A stretch of DNA of 64,000 nucleotides from the human T2T-CHM13v2.0 reference genome, Homo sapiens: the NCBI RefSeq assembly GCF_009914755.1, contig NC_060925.1, one strand, 5' to 3'. The notes under the pieces are model-generated. The model saw only the letters and a list, made by a program, of their open reading frames with translations. It searched no databases and was not told the origin of the DNA. The translations under genes were made by a program, and so were the position numbers. This document shows positions 57,255 to 64,000 of the stretch, piece after piece (position 1 is the first letter of the stretch; the number at the start of each line of letters is the position of its first letter).

Positions 57255-59884
57255 TTAATTTCCCCACAAGTGGGAGTGAGAGCTCCGGAGAGGCATGCAG
57301 CCTGCACTTCAGTCCAGGCCCTGGGACCAGAACAGGCTTTGGACGCAGGAGACAGAAACGTCTGTGAAGGTCACATACTCCAGGGCTCAGACCTTACCTC
57401 TCTCGTCAACCCTCAGATCTCCCTGAGAGGGTTCTATCTCTCCCTCCACTTCATGACTCCTGAAAACCAGGTTGAAGGCCACGCCTCCACATCTGGCATA
57501 CTCTTGGGCTCCACATACCTATCCAATGCAGAGATCCTCTCACAGGAGCCACTGGTGTCTTCAACATAGACACAGCTTGACTCATAGCATTCCTGCCTCC
57601 TTCCCCAGCCTGCTCCTTCTGCTGGGTGTCTGAATTTCCAGCCAGTCATCCCAGCCAGAAAGCTGGTCACCTACCCCTTTATTGCTCCCCACCACCCCGC
57701 ATCAAAGTATTCACCACGTCCTGTGGATTTGATCTCCTTAACATGTCTTAGTTTCTCTGGGCCTCATCTTTGAATCTGTAACCTGGGGATAATAGTACCT
57801 ACCTCACTGCATTGTTAAGGTAATTAAATGAGTTACTATTTGCAAAGCACTTGGAATGGTGAGTTCCAAGCCTATAGCAGACCCTCAACCAGTAGTCAGT
57901 AGTCATAGAAGCCATTCCCTGTCTTCATCCCACACCCTTGGATTTCCTTCAGGTCACTACCATCTCTCGCCCATAACACTTTCTAACAGAGCCCTGGCAC
58001 TGCGCACATGGATTCCGATCTATCTTCACAGCTGCCAGAATGATCTCTCAACAGGCCAACTCTGTTCCCTGCTTCCCCACATAAAAGCATGCAGTGAGTC
58101 TGAAGAGACTCAAGCTACTCTGCTGACATAAAGAGTCCTCCATGATCCAGACTTGTCTACATCTATACTCTTCATTCCTGCCACTCCTCATTGCTCCTCA
58201 AAACACATCTGTGCACATCAAGCTGTTTTCAACCTCCCTGCTATTATTACCCAAGCCCTGCTTCATCCCACCAACCTACCTTGCTACATTTCTAAAGAAT
58301 CCACATGTGCCATGACTTCTAATCTCCCAAGACAGGCACTGTCCTCTCCACGTTAGAGACGGAAGGGAGGCTCCATGCCCGTCCAAGCCACACAGTTGTA
58401 AGAGGCCAAGCCTAGACTTAATCCCAGGACCCTCTGTTTTCACATCTGTACCCACTGTGGCGCATCCATAGCAGATCGTAGAGTATAATAACCTACACTT
58501 AGAGAGCAGTTACCACATTTTAGGCACATGCTAAGCAGCATAGCATTACCTTGTTTAATCCTTCCAACCACTCTCTGTGGTAACTGCAATTTTGCAGGAG
58601 TAATTACTCTGCCCAGGTTGCAGATGAGGAAACAACAGCACAGAGAAGTTGAGTAATTTGCCCAAGTTCCCAACCTAGTAAGTGGGGAGCTGGGACAGGA
58701 AGCAGAGGAAGGCTGGCTCCTCAGTGCAGTTCTTTACTGGCTATACAGGGGTGAATGGAAAATAGGTTCCCAGTTCTGTTTCTGCCACTGCTGTATCACT
58801 TTGCTGAGTTACTTAATGTCTCAGAGCCTCAAGTTACTCATCTGTGAAATGGGGATAAGGTCACACTGCCCTAACTCCAGGACCAGATGGAGAACCAAAT
58901 TTTAAAAATAAAAAAGGCAGTGAACTGCTTAGTAAAATAAGGAGAAAGGAAGACCACCACGGATTGGGCTACAAGTAGGTGCCAGAAATTGGAATTGTGT
59001 TTTCATGTTATCTCACTTCAGCCTCATTACAACCATGCAATGTCAGCATGTCACAGTCCCATTTTACAGATAAGTCAAGTCAGCATGGGAGACAGGCATG
59101 CATATGAATAATTCAGAGTACTTAATTTACATCTGTAAAGTGCTTTGAAGTGTACAAAATAATGCATTGTTTCTTTTTGATCCTCTGTGACCTTTCCCTG
59201 ACAATCTTGTGAAGCAGGCAGAACACAGATTAGGCTTGTTTTGCAGATGAGCACTTTCCTAACTCAGGTCCACTGAGATGTGATGACTTGCTCAAGGTTA
59301 CGACCAGTGACAGAAGCAGGGCTGGGATCCAAGCCTCCCACCTCTTAGGCCAAATTGGCTATCAGAGTCAGATTAGGCTGAAGTCTATGTGCTTGCAGTG
59401 CCAAAGATAGGGAAAGTGCGATTTTTAGATAGGGAAACCAAGACGTGTTTACAATTCAAATAATTTGCCCAGGTTCACACAGCTGGTAAATGGTGAATCT
59501 GAGAACCAAACTCCTGAAGTCAGACTCCAAAGTCCGAGCTCTAACCACTCATCTACCATCCAGGTCCACTCCGAAGTGAGGTGGTCAAGAACAATTGTCT
59601 CTCCTTGCATACATTCCATAACTTGCATTAATAATAACAACTGCCAAATACTGAGCAACAACGAATGCATGCCCAACACTTTAATCCTACAACAACCCCT
59701 TTATTATCCCTATTTTACAGAAGGGGAAATGGAGGCTCAAAGTGGTGAAGCAATATGCCAAGGTAATCTGTGGAGCTGGCACTTAAACTCAGGTCTAGAA
59801 AATGCCAAACCAAGATTTGTCTTTGAGTGAGACACTGATATAGAATTAGGTCCGGGGTTATGCAAATGAACCAGACATTGTTTT

Positions 59885-60310
59885 ATTTAGTAGTCTTTGG
59901 TTGTAACGAAAACCAGCTCAAGCTAGCAAAAGCAAAAATAAATAATAAATAAATAAATAAATTGAATTTCTCATAAGAATACAGTATATTTTGTGAATCT
60001 TAAAGGTGAGAGTGCAGCCAGCCCTTTAAAAGGCTAAACAAAGGAAATAGAGATCTGTCAGCATCCCAGGCAGGGCTTTCTCTGGTCCCTAGTCTCTGCC
60101 TTTCTCTGCATCTCGTTTCTCTCAACAGAAACCAGCTTTCCATACTTCCCAGTCAGTCTATATGGCAAGCAGAAGATGGCCATAGTAATACTCCTGAGTT
60201 TACATCTCCTCTGTGAAGAGGAGACAAAGCCAGAATCTCTGGGGCCACCTCTCAGTTCCAGAAGATCATCTGAATGGCCCCGCTCAGACCAGACACCCAT
60301 CCCTGGTCCA
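59885..60310 (-). mobile_element. Old MaLR LTR (MLT1K/L-like) with (AAAT)n
   Basis: tctttggttgtaacgaaaaccagctcaagctagcaaaagcaaaa. Confidence 0.55.
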
Positions 60311-61099
60311 AGCAACAGTGGCCATTAGGATGGTGATGCATGATTCAAGGGTGGCTGTGGAGGGCAGCAGCCATCTAAGGGAGAGGAATAATCAGGTCTT
60401 GGGCAGGACAGACACCCCGAGGGTATTTACTATTGATGTGATCCTGGCCCCTAAAGAATGGAAGTTTAGAGAAACAGACAGGCAGATACAATAGAATCAT
60501 AATCCAGTCTTGCTAGGGTGCTAGAAGAAATGTATTTACGGCGCTGAGACAGCTCAGAGGGGAAACTGTCAATTTTGCCAGGAAAATCAAGGAGGAGAAC
60601 TCTTAACCGTTACACAAAAAAATGATCAGAACCTCAGAAGCAATAAAGTTTTAAATGATAGTGTGGGCATAACAAAGGCTATAAAGCAAATTTTATTATA
60701 ATTATAACTGTAGATTATGAAATATATAAGTATAATTCTCTGAAATTCACAATTGATAATTATTATTTAGGTGTTTTGGGAATAATTATGCATTTTGATA
60801 TTAAAAATTAATATAGAAAATTTAAAATGAAGATGGACAAGGTGGGTCTTTTAATATTTAACCATGACAAAATAAAGGAACAAGGACTGGGGGAGGCAGT
60901 GTGGTCTAATGGAAAGAGCATTGTCATCAGAAAGTGCTGCATTTGAAACCCAGCTCTAAAATTCACTAGTGGTGTGATGCTGGGGAAGTTATATGCCCTG
61001 TCTGATCCTAATTCCACATCACAAACTGGGGCCAATAATTCCAGACTCTCAGAGTCCTTGAGAATAGTGACTGGCATAACTTACATGAATCAATTCATG

Positions 61100-61645
61100 C
61101 CACTTCTCTGCCCAGAAGCCTCCAAGGAAAAGTCAAAGTCCTTCCCGTGTCCTGGAAGACCCAAGTGTGATCTTCCCATTGCCTCCACCCTGTGCCATTA
61201 CATAACTGACCTCGTCTTCTGCTCCCACTCTGTTCAGTCCCTTCCAGTCATACTGGCTTCTTTGCTGTCTCTCAGATGTTGAGGGCAGGCTCCCATAAGG
61301 GGGATAGGAGTGGAAGATACCTGCTCTTCCTTCTGCCTAGAATCTCTTCCCCTTGACATCTTTAAGACCCACCCATCACCTTCCTCAATTCTTTGCTCAC
61401 AAAACTGTAATCCTCTCCCCAGCACATCATATCTCCATCTCCTGCTTTTTCTCTATTTGCATATCATCTTTATGTGACTATATACTTATTTATTTCATTT
61501 ATTATCTGTTTTTCTCCAGCAGAATGTAATCTTTGAGAAGGCGTGGACTTTTATTTCTGTGGAGTCCACTACTGTATCTCAGCAACTAAAACAACGCCTG
61601 GTACATAGAAGAAAACTTGATGAAGGTTGATTGAATGAATGAATA
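61100..61645 (+). mobile_element. L2 3' end
   Basis: cactgtatctcagcaactaaaacaacgcctggtacatag...ttgaatgaatgaat tail. Confidence 0.8.
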
Positions 61646-64000
61646 ACTAGAACAAAAAACTCAGCATATAATGGGTATCACCTTCTTCCTTTCACAGCTT
61701 CTGAAACAATTACTTTTCCTAAGGTCTAAGTTAGATGTTAGTTGTAACTGATGTCTTTTTAAAATACATAACATATTCTATATTCAGGCTATCCCCATGT
61801 CAGAATTTTTTTCTGTCTTTATTTCCATCCTTGCCTTTTTACATGTTGTGTGGACATATAAGGTGCTCCATATTTGCTGAATTCCCTTATTTATCCAAGT
61901 CCTAGGAAAAGAAATAAAATAAATGCTCTGCTCACAGCTGCCAACACTTGTAATGAGCAATTCTTGATGGAGTCTTGAGTATACTAAGAAATCCATGCAC
62001 TGAGAAAGAGTGGAGATGAGTATACTCTGGCATCAGGCATGAGAGGGGCCCTGCATTCATATGCTCCTGGAGTGGACATCTGTTGTTTTGTTCATCCAGC
62101 TCCCTTAAAAGAGCTCCAACTCCACTCCAGCCGTATCATTCCAGCAGAGCTGCCAGCCACAGGACCAGCCGTGTTTCCTGCCCTCCACTGTGGGACCCAG
62201 GCCAAGGTCTCTTTCCTTCGGCCCAGCGATTAGATGGCCTAATCAGCACCTTCTCCCCTCTCCCAACACCCCCTTACCCGCAAGAAACGTGTAACTAGCA
62301 GGGTAACATTCTTACTGCTTTTAAGTAATGAAGATGGAAGGATTTGTTATTAGTGACCACAAATAGGCATCTTCCTTGCCACATGCAGGAAGTCTCTCTG
62401 CAATGGAAGAGAAAGACAGAAACACACAGAGAGAAAAAGAAACAAGAGATGGAGGGAGGAGAGAAGAACGTGAATAAAAGCAAAACCTGTTGTATCTCAA
62501 TACTTGGAACAGTTGCTGACATGTAGTAGGCATTCAATAAATAGTTGTTCAATGAATAATTGAAGGGGAAGAGGAGGGAAAGGAGGAGGGGGGGAGAGAG
62601 AGGGAGAGAGGGTGATTTCATTTGTATCGGATCCAGAACTTTTTCCGCGTTTATTTATGGAGTTAGTGTCACGTACTAGGCACTATGCTAGGAGCTGATA
62701 TTATAATAATGAACAGACAGATAGACTTCCTGCCCCAGGGGAGTTTATATTCTAGTAAAGGAGGTAAACAACGAAATAATTATGGTTGCCATAAGTCAAA
62801 TACCCCCATGAGGAATGCCTTTGAAGGCTGTGCGACCACGCACCTTCTTGACCTCTCTTGGACAAGCTACAAGCTGCCTGGCTCACAGTAACTCCCCAGC
62901 CCTGAACCATGCCTCCAGTTCTCAGGGTGGGTCTCCACTGGCAATATCAATACCATATGACTCTGCTAAACCAGTCGATCTCCTTAACAAAAACAGGGAA
63001 TTTCGACCTCAGAGACAGAGACTAGGATTCATTGCAGTTGAGTTGTGTTAAAGTAAAACTTATAGAACAAACTTTTAGAATTCCTGCTGCCAATGTCCAA
63101 AGACTGTCCCTGATCCTTGCCCATACTGAGGTTTGGTCACTTGTTTCTTATGAATTCTGTACATATCCTCAGGATCCCTAAGGAAATGCCCTTTTTTGCT
63201 TAAGCTAACCAAAATTGTTATCTATTTTTTGCAGCCAAAAAAAAAAAAATCACTAAAACAAAAACATTTCCTCAACTCTCTAGATAATTAAGACAATAAA
63301 AAAGAAAATAAAGTAAGTATAATTTATAGAGTGCTTTAGAATTTTCCTAAGACTTTTCCCTGCATTACTTCCTTTTAATGTCCCAGTATCATTGAGAACC
63401 ATGAAGAAGGCACCATTATTTACTCCCATCTACAGATGAAAAATCTAACCCTCAGCAATGTCAACTGTTATTTCAGAGCTTTGATATCAGAAATACCCCA
63501 TTTCAAACCCAATTAATGTCACTAGCTGTGGAATTTGAGCAAGTAATTTAACCTCTCTGAGCCTCAATTTCCTCATGTGTAAAATGCAAGGAAGGGCAGG
63601 TATCCCACTTTCACGGGGTTGTGAGGATGAACTAGATCTTGGATGTGAAGCTCTGAGGACAAACTTGGCTCTTGACAGCTTCCCGAGTGCTCAGGGTCCC
63701 ATGCCGCTACCTTCCCATCCCCTATACATGTTTGCAAATGTGCATGCATGCGCACGCATTCACACACACACATGACTTGAACAGGCATAAGTCACTAAAC
63801 AGGATTTTGAACCTTGATCTCCTGACTCTAGAATCTTCACTCTTTTTGCTACTCACAAGCTGTGAACAGAATAGTAGAAAAGACTCAAATTTACATTATG
63901 GAAAAACTTGGATTTATTTGGTCTGGAGAAGATTCCAAGGAACATTTGTAGGTTTATCCCAGAGAACAGACAACAGATTTACACAGTGTGTTCTCAGAGG

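Overview
Primate, most likely human, genomic DNA: intergenic or deep intronic and dominated by interspersed repeats. I found no host protein-coding exon, structural RNA gene or CRISPR array. Nearly all ORFs in the track come from repeats or chance. The main element is a full-length ~6.04 kb LINE-1 of L1PA2 type on the minus strand (33110-39146) with a target-site duplication (TSD). Its ORF1 and ORF2 are disabled, but it keeps a CpG-rich 5'UTR and an intact antisense ORF0. Also present: a complete THE1D/MSTA-type MaLR element, an ERVL/HERV16 remnant cluster (24-29 kb), truncated and 5'-inverted L1s, 9 Alu/FLAM copies, many MLT, L2 and MIR relics, DNA-transposon MITEs and microsatellites. Structure not explained by repeat families: two short, diverged local direct duplications ~2-2.4 kb apart, a young 27-bp minisatellite that multimerises a TCF/LEF-like core, and small templated-insertion scars. 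I found no convincing novel biological system. Subfamily names come from recalled consensus sequences and need RepeatMasker/Dfam confirmation.
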